NCBI GenBank assembly: GCA_964016885.1
Contig: OZ024758.1
Coordinates: 36,456,001-36,520,000 of the forward strand
Length of the DNA: 64,000 nucleotides
Source of the DNA: Eledone cirrhosa
Taxonomy: Eukaryota
Reading direction: 5' to 3'
Below the pieces are notes generated by a model that had not been told where the DNA came from, ran no database searches, and saw only the letters and a program-made list of their open reading frames with translations. Of this stretch, positions 11,171 through 25,500 are shown piece by piece; within the stretch, counting starts at the first letter, position 1; every line of letters starts with the position of its first letter. The translations under genes and the position numbers were made by a program.

Positions 11171-14100
11171 TTTAAGTCATGGTATTAGCTGTCAGAAGTA
11201 ACTCCATTGTTGGTGAGAATTCATTTAAGTCATGGTACTAGCTGTCAGAAGTAACTCCAATGTTGGTGAGAATTCATTTAAGTCATGGTACTAGCTGTCA
11301 GAAGTAACTCCAATGTTGGTGAGAATTCATTTAAATTCATGTTATTAGCTGTCAGAAGGAACTCCACTGTTGGTGAGAATTCATTTAAGTTCATGGTATT
11401 AGCTGTCAGAAGTAACTCTACTGTTGGTGAGAATTCATTTAAGTTCATGGTATTAGCTGTCAGAAGTAACTCCACCGTTGGTGAGAATTCATTTAAGTTC
11501 ATGGTACTAGCTGTCAGAAGTAACTCCAATGTTGGTGAGAATTCATTTAAGTTCATGGTATTAGCTGTCAGAAGTAACTCCACTGTTGGTGAGAATTCAT
11601 TTAAGTCATGGTATTAGCTGTCAGAAGTAACTCCATTGTTGGTGAGAATTCATTTAAGTCATGGTACTAGCTGTCAGAAGTAACTCCAATGTTGGTGAGA
11701 ATTCATTTAAGTCATGGTACTAGCTGTCAGAAGTAACTCCAATGTTGGTGAGAATTCATTTAAGTTCATGTTATTAGCTGTCAGAAGGAACTCCACTGTT
11801 GGTGAGAATTCATTTAAGTTCATGGTATTAGCTGTCAGAAGTAACTCCACTGTTGGTGAGAATTCATTTAAGTTCATGGTATTAGCTGTCAGAAGTAACT
11901 CCACCGTTGGTGAGAATTCATTTAAGTTCATGGTACTAGCTGTCAGAAGTAACTCCAATGTTGGTGAGAATTCATTTAAGTTCATGGTATTAGCTGTCAG
12001 AAGTAACTCCACTGTTGGTGAGAATTCATTTAAGTCATGGTATTAGCTGTCAGAAGTAACTCCACTGTTGGTGAGAATTCATTTAAGTTCATGGTATTAG
12101 CTGTCAGAAGTAACTCCACTGTTGGTGAGAATTCATTTAAGTTCATGGTACTAGCTGTCAGAAGTAACTACAATGTTGGTGAGAATTCATTTCAGTTCAT
12201 GGTATTAGCTGTCAGAAGTAACTCCACTGTTGGTGAGAATTCATTTAAGTCATGGTATTAGCTGTCAGAAGTAACTCCACTGTTGGTGAGAATTCATTTA
12301 AGTTCATGGTATTAGCTGTCAGAAGTAACTCCACTGTTGGTGAGAATTCATTTAAGTTCATGGTATTAGCTGTCAGAAGTCACTCCAGTGTTGGTGAGAA
12401 TTCATTTAAGTTCATGGTATTAGCTGTCAGAAGTAACTCCACTGTTGGTGAGAATTCATTTAAGTTCATGGTATTAGCTGTCAGAAGTAACTCCACTGTT
12501 GGTGAGAATTCATTTACGTTCATGGTATTAGTTTGTCAGAAGTAACTCCACTGTTGGTGAGAATTCATTTAAGTCATGGTATTAGTTGTCAGAAGTAACT
12601 CCACTGTTGGTGAGAATTCATTTAAGTTCATGGTACTAGCTGTCAGAAGTAACTCCAATGTTGGTGAGAATTCATTTCAGTTCATGGTATTAGCTGTCAG
12701 AAGTAACTCCACTGTTGGTGAGAATTCATTTAAGTCATGGTATTAGCTGTCAGAAGTAACTCCACTGTTGGTGAGAATTCATTTAAGTTCATGGTATTAG
12801 CTGTCAGAAGTAACTCCACTGTTGGTGAGAATTCATTTAAGTTCATGGTATTAGCTGTCAGAAGTCACTCCAGTGTTGGTGAGAATTCATTTAAGTTCAT
12901 GGTATTAGCTGTCAGAAGTAACTCCACTGTTGGTGAGAATTCATTTAAGTTCATGGTATTAGCTGTCAGAAGTAACTCCACTGTTGGTGAGAATTCATTT
13001 ACGTTCATGGTATTAGTTTGTCAGAAGTAACTCCACTGTTGGTGAGAATTCATTTAAGTCATGGTATTAGTTGTCAGAAGTAACTCCAATGTTGGTGAGA
13101 ATTCATTTAAGTTCATGGTAATAGCTGTCAGAAGTAACTCCACTGTTGGTGAGAATTCATTTAAGTCAAGGTATTAGCTGTCAGAAGTAACTCCAATGTT
13201 GGTGAGAATTCATTTAAGTCATGGTACTAGCTGTCAGAAGTCACTCCACTGTTGGTGAGAATTCATTTAAGTTCATGGTACTAGCTGTCAGAAGTAACCC
13301 CAATGTTGGTGAGAATTCATTTAAGTTCATGGTATTAGCTGTCAGAAGTCACTCCAATGTTGGTGAGAATTCATTTAAGTTCATGGTATTAGCTGTCAGA
13401 AGTAACTCCACTGTTGGTGAGAATTCATTTAAGTTCATGGTATTAGCTGTCAGAAGGAACGCCACTGTTGGTGAGAATTCATTTAAGCTCATGGTATTAG
13501 CTGTCAGAAGTAACTCCACTGTTGGTGAGAATTCATTTAAGTTCATGGTACTAGCTGTCAGAAGTAACTCCAACGTTGGTGAGAATTCATTTAAGTTCAT
13601 GGTATTAGCTGTCAGAAGGAACTCCACTGTTGCTGAGAATTCATATAAGTTCATGGTATTAGCTGTCAGAAGTAACTCCACTGTTGGTGAGAATTCATTT
13701 AAGTTCATGGTACTAGCTGTCAGAAGTAACCCCAATGTTGGTGAGAATTCATTTAAGTTCATGGTATTAGCAGTCAGAAGTAACTCCACTGTTGGTGAGA
13801 ATTCATTTAAGTCATGGTATTAGCTGTCAGAAGTAACTCCACTGTTGGTGAGAATTCATTTAAGTTCATGGTATTAGCTGTCAGAAGGAACTCCACTGTT
13901 GGTGAGAATTCATTTAAGTTCATGGTACTAGCTGTCAGAAGTAACTCCAATGTTGGTGAGAATTCATTTAAGTTCATGGTATTAGCTGTCAGAAGTAACT
14001 CCACTGTTGGTGAGTATTCATTTAAGTCATGGTATTAGCTGTCAGAAGTAACTCCACTGTTGGTGAGAATTCATTTAAGTTCATGGTATTAGTTGTCAGA

Positions 14101-17100
14101 AGTAACTCCACTGTTGGTGAGAATTCATTTAAGTTCATGGTATTAGCTGTCAGAAGTAACTCCACTGTTGGTGAGAATTCATTTAAGTTCATGGTATTAG
14201 TTTGTCAGAAGTAACTCCACTGTTGGTGAGAATTCATTTAAGTCATGGTATTAGTTGTCAGAAGGAACTCCAATGTTGGTGAGAATTCATTTAAGTCATG
14301 GTACTAGCTATCCGAAGTAACTCCACTGTTGGTGAGAATTCATTTAAGTTCATGGTATTAGCTGTCAGAAGGAACGCCACTGTTGGTGAGAATTCATTTA
14401 AGTTCATGGTATTAGCTGTCAGAAGTAACTCCACTGTTGGTGAGAATTCATTTAAGTTCATGGTACTAGCTGTCAGAAGTAACTCCAATGTTGGTGAGAA
14501 TTCATTTAAGTTCATGGTATTAGCTGTCAGAAGGAACTCCACTGTTGGTGAGAATTCATTTAAGTTCATGGTATTATCTGTCAGAAGTAACTCCACTGTT
14601 GGTGAGAATTCATTTAAGTCATGGTATTAGCTGTCAGAAGTAACTCCATTGTTGGTGAGAATTCATTTAAGTCATGGTACTAGCTGTCAGAAGTAACTCC
14701 AATGTTGGTGAGAATTCATTTAAGTCATGGTACTAGCTGTCAGAAGTAACTCCAATGTTGGTGAGAATTCATTTAAGTTCATGTTATTAGCTGTCAGAAG
14801 GAACTCCACTGTTGGTGAGAATTCATTTAAGTTCATGGTATTAGCTGTCAGAAGTAACTCTACTGTTGGTGAGAATTCATTTAAGTTCATGGTATTAGCT
14901 GTCAGAAGTAACTCCACCGTTGGTGAGAATTCATTTAAGTTCATGGTACTAGCTGTCAGAAGTAACTCCAATGTTGGTGAGAATTCATTTAAGTTCATGG
15001 TATTAGCTGTCAGAAGTAACTCCACTGTTGGTGAGAATTCATTTAAGTCATGGTATTAGCTGTCAGAAGTAACTCCACTGTTGGTGAGAATTCATTTAAG
15101 TTCATGGTATTAGCTGTCAGAAGTAACTCCACTGTTGGTGAGAATTCATTTAAGTTCATGGTACTAGCTGTCAGAAGTAACTCCAATGTTGGTGAGAATT
15201 CATTTAAGTTCATGGTATTAGCTGTCAGAAGTAACTCCACTGTTGGTGAGAATTCATTTAAGTCATGGTATTAGCTGTCAGAAGTAACTCCACTGTTGGT
15301 GAGAATTCATTTAAGTTCATGGTATTAGCTGTCAGAAGTAACTCCACTGTTGGTGAGAATTCATTTAAGTTCATGGTATTAGCTGTCAGAAGTAACTCCA
15401 CTGTTGGTGAGAATTCATTTAAGTTCATGGTACTAGCTGTCAGAAGTAACCCCAATGTTGGTGAGAATTCATTTAAGTTCATGGTATTAGCTGTCAGAAG
15501 TAACTCCACTGTTGGTGAGAATTCATTTAAGTCATGGTATTAGCTGTCAGAAGTATTTCCACTGTTGGTGAGAATTCATTTAAGTTAATGGTATTAGCTG
15601 TCAGAAGGAACTCCACTGTTGGTGAGAATTCATTTAAGTTCATGGTACTAGCTGTCAGAAGTAACTCCAATGTTGGTGAGAATTCATTTAAGTTCATGGT
15701 ATTAGCTGTCAGAAGTAACTCCACTGTTGGTGAGTATTCATTTAAGTCATGGTATTAGCTGTCAGAAGTAACTCCACTGTTGGTGAGAATTCATTTAAGT
15801 TCATGGTATTAGTTGTCAGAAGTAACTCCACTGTTGGTGAGAATTCATTTAAGTTCATGGTATTAGCTGTCAGAAGTAACTCCACTGTTGGTGAGAATTC
15901 ATTTAAGTTCATGGTATTAGTTTGTCAGAAGTAACTCCACTGTTGGTGAGAATTCATTTAAGTCATGGTATTAGTTGTCAGAAGGAACTCCAATGTTGGT
16001 GAGAATTCATTTAAGTCATGGTACTAGCTGTCAGAAGTAACTCCACTGTTGGTGAGAATTCATTTAAGTTCATGGTATTAGCTGTCAGAAGGAACGCCAC
16101 TGTTGGTGAGAATTCATTTAAGTTCATGGTATTAGCTGTCAGAAGTAACTCCACTGTTGGTGAGAATTCATTTAAGTTCATGGTACTAGCTGTCAGAAGT
16201 AACTCCAATGTTGGTGAGAATTCATTTAAGTCATGGTATTAGCTGTCAGAAGTAACTCCATTGTTGGTGAGAATTCATTTAAGTCATGGTACTAGCTGTC
16301 AGAAGTAACTCCAATGTTGGTGAGAATTCATTTAAGTCATGGTACTAGCTGTCAGAAGTAACTCCAATGTTGGTGAGAATTCATTTAAATTCATGTTATT
16401 AGCTGTCAGAAGGAACTCCACTGTTGGTGAGAATTCATTTAAGTTCATGGTATTAGCTGTCAGAAGTAACTCTACTGTTGGTGAGAATTCATTTAAGTTC
16501 ATGGTATTAGCTGTCAGAAGTAACTCCACCGTTGGTGAGAATTCATTTAAGTTCATGGTACTAGCTGTCAGAAGTAACTCCAATGTTGGTGAGAATTCAT
16601 TTAAGTTCATGGTATTAGCTGTCAGAAGTAACTCCACTGTTGGTGAGAATTCATTTAAGTCATGGTATTAGCTGTCAGAAGTAACTCCATTGTTGGTGAG
16701 AATTCATTTAAGTCATGGTACTAGCTGTCAGAAGTAACTCCAATGTTGGTGAGAATTCATTTAAGTCATGGTACTAGCTGTCAGAAGTAACTCCAATGTT
16801 GGTGAGAATTCATTTAAGTTCATGTTATTAGCTGTCAGAAGGAACTCCACTGTTGGTGAGAATTCATTTAAGTTCATGGTATTAGCTGTCAGAAGTAACT
16901 CCACTGTTGGTGAGAATTCATTTAAGTTCATGGTATTAGCTGTCAGAAGTAACTCCACCGTTGGTGAGAATTCATTTAAGTTCATGGTACTAGCTGTCAG
17001 AAGTAACTCCAATGTTGGTGAGAATTCATTTAAGTTCATGGTATTAGCTGTCAGAAGTAACTCCACTGTTGGTGAGAATTCATTTAAGTCATGGTATTAG

Positions 17101-20100
17101 CTGTCAGAAGTAACTCCACTGTTGGTGAGAATTCATTTAAGTTCATGGTATTAGCTGTCAGAAGTAACTCCACTGTTGGTGAGAATTCATTTAAGTTCAT
17201 GGTACTAGCTGTCAGAAGTAACTACAATGTTGGTGAGAATTCATTTCAGTTCATGGTATTAGCTGTCAGAAGTAACTCCACTGTTGGTGAGAATTCATTT
17301 AAGTCATGGTATTAGCTGTCAGAAGTAACTCCACTGTTGGTGAGAATTCATTTAAGTTCATGGTATTAGCTGTCAGAAGTAACTCCACTGTTGGTGAGAA
17401 TTCATTTAAGTTCATGGTATTAGCTGTCAGAAGTCACTCCAGTGTTGGTGAGAATTCATTTAAGTTCATGGTATTAGCTGTCAGAAGTAACTCCACTGTT
17501 GGTGAGAATTCATTTAAGTTCATGGTATTAGCTGTCAGAAGTAACTCCACTGTTGGTGAGAATTCATTTACGTTCATGGTATTAGTTTGTCAGAAGTAAC
17601 TCCACTGTTGGTGAGAATTCATTTAAGTCATGGTATTAGTTGTCAGAAGTAACTCCACTGTTGGTGAGAATTCATTTAAGTTCATGGTACTAGCTGTCAG
17701 AAGTAACTCCAATGTTGGTGAGAATTCATTTCAGTTCATGGTATTAGCTGTCAGAAGTAACTCCACTGTTGGTGAGAATTCATTTAAGTCATGGTATTAG
17801 CTGTCAGAAGTAACTCCACTGTTGGTGAGAATTCATTTAAGTTCATGGTATTAGCTGTCAGAAGTAACTCCACTGTTGGTGAGAATTCATTTAAGTTCAT
17901 GGTATTAGCTGTCAGAAGTCACTCCAGTGTTGGTGAGAATTCATTTAAGTTCATGGTATTAGCTGTCAGAAGTAACTCCACTGTTGGTGAGAATTCATTT
18001 AAGTTCATGGTATTAGCTGTCAGAAGTAACTCCACTGTTGGTGAGAATTCATTTACGTTCATGGTATTAGTTTGTCAGAAGTAACTCCACTGTTGGTGAG
18101 AATTCATTTAAGTCATGGTATTAGTTGTCAGAAGTAACTCCAATGTTGGTGAGAATTCATTTAAGTTCATGGTAATAGCTGTCAGAAGTAACTCCACTGT
18201 TGGTGAGAATTCATTTAAGTCAAGGTATTAGCTGTCAGAAGTAACTCCAATGTTGGTGAGAATTCATTTAAGTCATGGTACTAGCTGTCAGAAGTCACTC
18301 CACTGTTGGTGAGAATTCATTTAAGTTCATGGTACTAGCTGTCAGAAGTAACCCCAATGTTGGTGAGAATTCATTTAAGTTCATGGTATTAGCTGTCAGA
18401 AGTCACTCCAATGTTGGTGAGAATTCATTTAAGTTCATGGTATTAGCTGTCAGAAGTAACTCCACTGTTGGTGAGAATTCATTTAAGTTCATGGTATTAG
18501 CTGTCAGAAGGAACGCCACTGTTGGTGAGAATTCATTTAAGCTCATGGTATTAGCTGTCAGAAGTAACTCCACTGTTGGTGAGAATTCATTTAAGTTCAT
18601 GGTACTAGCTGTCAGAAGTAACTCCAACGTTGGTGAGAATTCATTTAAGTTCATGGTATTAGCTGTCAGAAGGAACTCCACTGTTGCTGAGAATTCATAT
18701 AAGTTCATGGTATTAGCTGTCAGAAGTAACTCCACTGTTGGTGAGAATTCATTTAAGTTCATGGTACTAGCTGTCAGAAGTAACCCCAATGTTGGTGAGA
18801 ATTCATTTAAGTTCATGGTATTAGCAGTCAGAAGTAACTCCACTGTTGGTGAGAATTCATTTAAGTCATGGTATTAGCTGTCAGAAGTAACTCCACTGTT
18901 GGTGAGAATTCATTTAAGTTCATGGTATTAGCTGTCAGAAGGAACTCCACTGTTGGTGAGAATTCATTTAAGTTCATGGTACTAGCTGTCAGAAGTAACT
19001 CCAATGTTGGTGAGAATTCATTTAAGTTCATGGTATTAGCTGTCAGAAGTAACTCCACTGTTGGTGAGTATTCATTTAAGTCATGGTATTAGCTGTCAGA
19101 AGTAACTCCACTGTTGGTGAGAATTCATTTAAGTTCATGGTATTAGTTGTCAGAAGTAACTCCACTGTTGGTGAGAATTCATTTAAGTTCATGGTATTAG
19201 CTGTCAGAAGTAACTCCACTGTTGGTGAGAATTCATTTAAGTTCATGGTATTAGTTTGTCAGAAGTAACTCCACTGTTGGTGAGAATTCATTTAAGTCAT
19301 GGTATTAGTTGTCAGAAGGAACTCCAATGTTGGTGAGAATTCATTTAAGTCATGGTACTAGCTATCCGAAGTAACTCCACTGTTGGTGAGAATTCATTTA
19401 AGTTCATGGTATTAGCTGTCAGAAGGAACGCCACTGTTGGTGAGAATTCATTTAAGTTCATGGTATTAGCTGTCAGAAGTAACTCCACTGTTGGTGAGAA
19501 TTCATTTAAGTTCATGGTACTAGCTGTCAGAAGTAACTCCAATGTTGGTGAGAATTCATTTAAGTTCATGGTATTAGCTGTCAGAAGGAACTCCACTGTT
19601 GGTGAGAATTCATTTAAGTTCATGGTATTAGCTGTCAGAAGTAACTCCACTGTTGGTGAGAATTCATTTAAGTCATGGTATTAGCTGTCAGAAGTAACTC
19701 CATTGTTGGTGAGAATTCATTTAAGTCATGGTACTAGCTGTCAGAAGTAACTCCAATGTTGGTGAGAATTCATTTAAGTCATGGTACTAGCTGTCAGAAG
19801 TAACTCCAATGTTGGTGAGAATTCATTTAAGTTCATGTTATTAGCTGTCAGAAGGAACTCCACTGTTGGTGAGAATTCATTTAAGTTCATGGTATTAGCT
19901 GTCAGAAGTAACTCTACTGTTGGTGAGAATTCATTTAAGTTCATGGTATTAGCTGTCAGAAGTAACTCCACCGTTGGTGAGAATTCATTTAAGTTCATGG
20001 TACTAGCTGTCAGAAGTAACTCCAATGTTGGTGAGAATTCATTTAAGTTCATGGTATTAGCTGTCAGAAGTAACTCCACTGTTGGTGAGAATTCATTTAA

Positions 20101-20470
20101 GTCATGGTATTAGCTGTCAGAAGTAACTCCACTGTTGGTGAGAATTCATTTAAGTTCATGGTATTAGCTGTCAGAAGTAACTCCACTGTTGGTGAGAATT
20201 CATTTAAGTTCATGGTACTAGCTGTCAGAAGTAACTCCAATGTTGGTGAGAATTCATTTAAGTTCATGGTATTAGCTGTCAGAAGTAACTCCACTGTTGG
20301 TGAGAATTCATTTAAGTCATGGTATTAGCTGTCAGAAGTAACTCCACTGTTGGTGAGAATTCATTTAAGTTCATGGTATTAGCTGTCAGAAGTAACTCCA
20401 CTGTTGGTGAGAATTCATTTAAGTTCATGGTATTAGCTGTCAGAAGTAACTCCACTGTTGGTGAGAATTC
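10345..20470 (+). repeat. Near-perfect tandem duplication of a 5054-bp unit (~94 monomers)
   Basis: Private variants pair at offset 5054: AGTATTTCC (~10498/15552), TCATATAAG (~13641/18695), GCAGTC (13770/18824). Every ORF from 10480 to 15265 has a twin at +5054. Confidence 0.93.
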
Positions 20471-21554
20471 ATTTAATTTCATGGTATTAGCTGTCAGAAG
20501 TAACTCCACTGTTGGTGAGAATTCATTTAAGTTCATGGTACTAGCTGTCAGAAGTAACTCCAATGTTGGTGAGAATTCATTTAAGTCATGGTACTAGCTG
20601 TCAGAAGTAACTCCAATGTTGGTGAGAATTCATTTAAATTCATGTTATTAGCTGTCAGAAGGAACTCCACTGTTGGTGAGAATTCATTTAAGTTCATGGT
20701 ATTAGCTGTCAGAAGTAACTCTACTGTTGGTGAGAATTCATTTAAGTTCATGGTATTAGCTGTCAGAAGTAACTCCACCGTTGGTGAGAATTCATTTAAG
20801 TTCATGGTACTAGCTGTCAGAAGTAACTCCAATGTTGGTGAGAATTCATTTAAGTTCATGGTATTAGCTGTCAGAAGTAACTCCACTGTTGGTGAGAATT
20901 CATTTAAGTCATGGTATTAGCTGTCAGAAGTAACTCCATTGTTGGTGAGAATTCATTTAAGTCATGGTACTAGCTGTCAGAAGTAACTCCAATGTTGGTG
21001 AGAATTCATTTAAGTCATGGTACTAGCTGTCAGAAGTAACTCCAATGTTGGTGAGAATTCATTTAAGTTCATGTTATTAGCTGTCAGAAGGAACTCCACT
21101 GTTGGTGAGAATTCATTTAAGTTCATGGTATTAGCTGTCAGAAGTAACTCCACTGTTGGTTAGAATTCATTTAAGTTCATGGTATTAGCTGTCAGAAGTA
21201 ACTCCACCGTTGGTGAGAATTCATTTAAGTTCATGGTACTAGCTGTCAGAAGTAACTCCAATGTTGGTGAGAATTCATTTAAGTTCATGGTATTAGCTGT
21301 CAGAAGTAACTCCACCGTTGGTGAGAATTCATTTAAGTCATGGTATTAGCTGTCAGAAGTAACTCCACTGTTGGTGAGAATTCATTTAAGTTCATGGTAT
21401 TAGCTGTCAGAAGTAACTCCACTGTTGGTGAGAATTCATTTAAGTTCATGGTACTAGCTGTCAGAAGTAACTACAATGTTGGTGAGAATTCATTTCAGTT
21501 CATGGTATTAGCTGTCAGAAGTAACTCCACTGTTGGTGAGAATTCATTTAAGTC

Positions 21555-22526
21555 ATGGTATTAGCTGTCAGAAGTAACTCCACTGTTGGTGAGAATTCAT
21601 TTAAGTTCATGGTATTAGCTGTCAGAAGTAACTCCACTGTTGGTGAGAATTCATTTAAGTTCATGGTATTAGCTGTCAGAAGTCACTCCAGTGTTGGTGA
21701 GAATTCATTTAAGTTCATGGTATTAGCTGTCAGAAGTAACTCCACTGTTGGTGAGAATTCATTTAAGTTCATGGTATTAGCTGTCAGAAGTAACTCCACT
21801 GTTGGTGAGAATTCATTTACGTTCATGGTATTAGTTTGTCAGAAGTAACTCCACTGTTGGTGAGAATTCATTTAAGTCATGGTATTAGCTGTCAGAAGTA
21901 ACTCCACTGTTGGTGAGAATTCATTTAAGTTCATGGTATTAGCTGTCAGAAGTAACTCCACTGTTGGTGAGAATTCATTTAAGTTCATGGTATTAGCTGT
22001 CAGAAGTCACTCCAGTGTTGGTGAGAATTCATTTAAGTTCATGGTATTAGCTGTCAGAAGTAACTCCACTGTTGGTGAGAATTCATTTAAGTTCATGGTA
22101 TTAGCTGTCAGAAGTAACTCCACTGTTGGTGAGAATTCATTTACGTTCATGGTATTAGTTTGTCAGAAGTAACTCCACTGTTGGTGAGAATTCATTTAAG
22201 TCATGGTATTAGCTGTCAGAAGTAACTCCACTGTTGGTGAGAATTCATTTAAGTTCATGGTATTAGCTGTCAGAAGTAACTCCACTGTTGGTGAGAATTC
22301 ATTTAAGCTCATGGTATTAGCTGTCAGAAGTCACTCCAGTGTTGGTGAGAATTCATTTAAGTTCATGGTATTAGCTGTCAGAAGTAACTCCACTGTTGGT
22401 GAGAATTCATTTAAGTTCATGGTATTAGCTGTCAGAAGTAACTCCACTGTTGGTGAGAATTCATTTACGTTCATGGTATTAGTTTGTCAGAAGTAACTCC
22501 ACTGTTGGTGAGAATTCATTTAAGTC
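21555..22526 (+). repeat. Three tandem copies of a 324-bp hexamer
   Basis: ORF starts 21555, 21879 and 22203 are spaced 324 bp (6x54; the +1 and -1 indels cancel). Each copy has CACTCCAGT, TTTACGTT and TAGTTTGTC. Confidence 0.9.
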
Positions 22527-25500
22527 ATGGTATTAGTTGTCAGAAGTAACTCCAATGTTGGTGAGAATTCATTTAAGTTCATGGTAATAGCTGTCAGAAG
22601 TAACTCCACTGTTGGTGAGAATTCATTTAAGTCAAGGTATTAGCTGTCAGAAGTAACTCCAATGTTGGTGAGAATTCATTTAAGTCATGGTACTAGCTGT
22701 CAGAAGTCACTCCACTGTTGGTGAGAATTCATTTAAGTTCATGGTACTAGCTGTCAGAAGTAACCCCAATGTTGGTGAGAATTCATTTAAGTTCATGGTA
22801 TTAGCTGTCAGAAGTCACTCCAATGTTGGTGAGAATTCATTTAAGTTCATGGTATTAGCTGTCAGAAGTAACTCCACTGTTGGTGAGAATTCATTTAAGT
22901 TCATGGTATTAGCTGTCAGAAGGAACGCCACTGTTGGTGAGAATTCATTTAAGCTCATGGTATTAGCTGTCAGAAGTAACTCCACTGTTGGTGAGAATTC
23001 ATTTAAGTTCATGGTACTAGCTGTCAGAAGTAACTCCAACGTTGGTGAGAATTCATTTAAGTTCATGGTATTAGCTGTCAGAAGGAACTCCACTGTTGCT
23101 GAGAATTCATTTAAGTTCATGGTATTAGCTGTCAGAAGTAACTCCACTGTTGGTGAGAATTCATTTAAGTTCATGGTACTAGCTGTCAGAAGTAACCCCA
23201 ATGTTGGTGAGAATTCATTTAAGTTCATGGTATTAGCTGTCAGAAGTAACTCCACTGTTGGTGAGAATTCATTTAAGTCATGGTATTAGCTGTCAGAAGT
23301 AACTCCACTGTTGGTGAGAATTCATTTAAGTTCATGGTATTAGCTGTCAGAAGGAACTCCACTGTTGGTGAGAATTCATTTAAGTTCATGGCACTAGCTG
23401 TCAGAAGTAACTCCAATGTTGGTGAGAATTCATTTAAGTTCATGGTATTAGCTGTCAGAAGTAACTCCACTGTTGGTGAGTATTCATTTAAGTCATGGTA
23501 TTAGCTGTCAGAAGTAACTCCACTGTTGGTGAGAATTCATTTAAGTTCATGGTATTAGTTGTCAGAAGTAACTCCACTGTTGGTGAGAATTCATTTAAGT
23601 TCATGGTATTAGCTGTCAGAAGTAACTCCACTGTTGGTGAGAATTCATTTAAGTTCATGGTATTAGTTTGTCAGAAGTAACTCCACTGTTGGTGAGAATT
23701 CATTTAAGTCATGGTATTAGTTGTCAGAAGGAACTCCAATGTTGGTGAGAATTCATTTAAGTCATGGTACTAGCTATCCGAAGTAACTCCACTGTTGGTG
23801 AGAATTCATTTAAGTTCATGGTATTAGCTGTCAGAAGGAACGCCACTGTTGGTGAGAATTCATTTAAGTTCATGGTATTAGCTGTCAGAAGTAACTCCAC
23901 CGTTGGTGAGAATTCATTTAAGTTCATGGTACTAGCTGTCAGAAGTAACTCCAATGTTGGTGAGAATTCATTTAAGTTCATGGTATTAGCTGTCAGAAGT
24001 AACTCCACTGTTGGTGAGAATTCATTTAAGTCATGGTATTAGCTGTCAGAAGTAACTCCACTGTTGGTGAGAATTCATTTAAGTTCATGGTATTAGCTGT
24101 CAGAAGTAACTCCACTGTTGGTGAGAATTCATTTAAGTTCATGGTACTAGCTGTCAGAAGTAACTACAATGTTGGTGAGAATTCATTTCAGTTCATGGTA
24201 TTAGCTGTCAGAAGTAACTCCACTGTTGGTGAGAATTCATTTAAGTCATGGTATTAGCTGTCAGAAGTAACTCCACTGTTGGTGAGAATTCATTTAAGTT
24301 CATGGTATTAGCTGTCAGAAGTAACTCCACTGTTGGTGAGAATTCATTTAAGTTCATGGTATTAGCTGTCAGAAGTCACTCCAGTGTTGGTGAGAATTCA
24401 TTTAAGTTCATGGTATTAGCTGTCAGAAGTAACTCCACTGTTGGTGAGAATTCATTTAAGTTCATGGTATTAGCTGTCAGAAGTAACTCCACTGTTGGTG
24501 AGAATTCATTTACGTTCATGGTATTAGTTTGTCAGAAGTAACTCCACTGTTGGTGAGAATTCATTTAAGTCATGGTATTAGTTGTCAGAAGTAACTCCAA
24601 TGTTGGTGAGAATTCATTTAAGTTCATGGTAATAGCTGTCAGAAGTAACTCCACTGTTGGTGAGAATTCATTTAAGTCAAGGTATTAGCTGTCAGAAGTA
24701 ACTCCAATGTTGGTGAGAATTCATTTAAGTCATGGTACTAGCTGTCAGAAGTCACTCCACTGTTGGTGAGAATTCATTTAAGTTCATGGTACTAGCTGTC
24801 AGAAGTAACCCCAATGTTGGTGAGAATTCATTTAAGTTCATGGTATTAGCTGTCAGAAGTCACTCCAATGTTGGTGAGAATTCATTTAAGTTCATGGTAT
24901 TAGCTGTCAGAAGTAACTCCACTGTTGGTGAGAATTCATTTAAGTTCATGGTATTAGCTGTCAGAAGGAACGCCACTGTTGGTGAGAATTCATTTAAGCT
25001 CATGGTATTAGCTGTCAGAAGTAACTCCACTGTTGGTGAGAATTCATTTAAGTTCATGGTACTAGCTGTCAGAAGTAACTCCAACGTTGGTGAGAATTCA
25101 TTTAAGTTCATGGTATTAGCTGTCAGAAGGAACTCCACTGTTGCTGAGAATTCATTTAAGTTCATGGTATTAGCTGTCAGAAGTAACTCCACTGTTGGTG
25201 AGAATTCATTTAAGTTCATGGTACTAGCTGTCAGAAGTAACCCCAATGTTGGTGAGAATTCATTTAAGTTCATGGTATTAGCTGTCAGAAGTAACTCCAC
25301 TGTTGGTGAGAATTCATTTAAGTCATGGTATTAGCTGTCAGAAGTAACTCCACTGTTGGTGAGAATTCATTTAAGTTCATGGTATTAGCTGTCAGAAGGA
25401 ACTCCACTGTTGGTGAGAATTCATTTAAGTTCATGGCACTAGCTGTCAGAAGTAACTCCAATGTTGGTGAGAATTCATTTAAGTTCATGGTATTAGCTGT

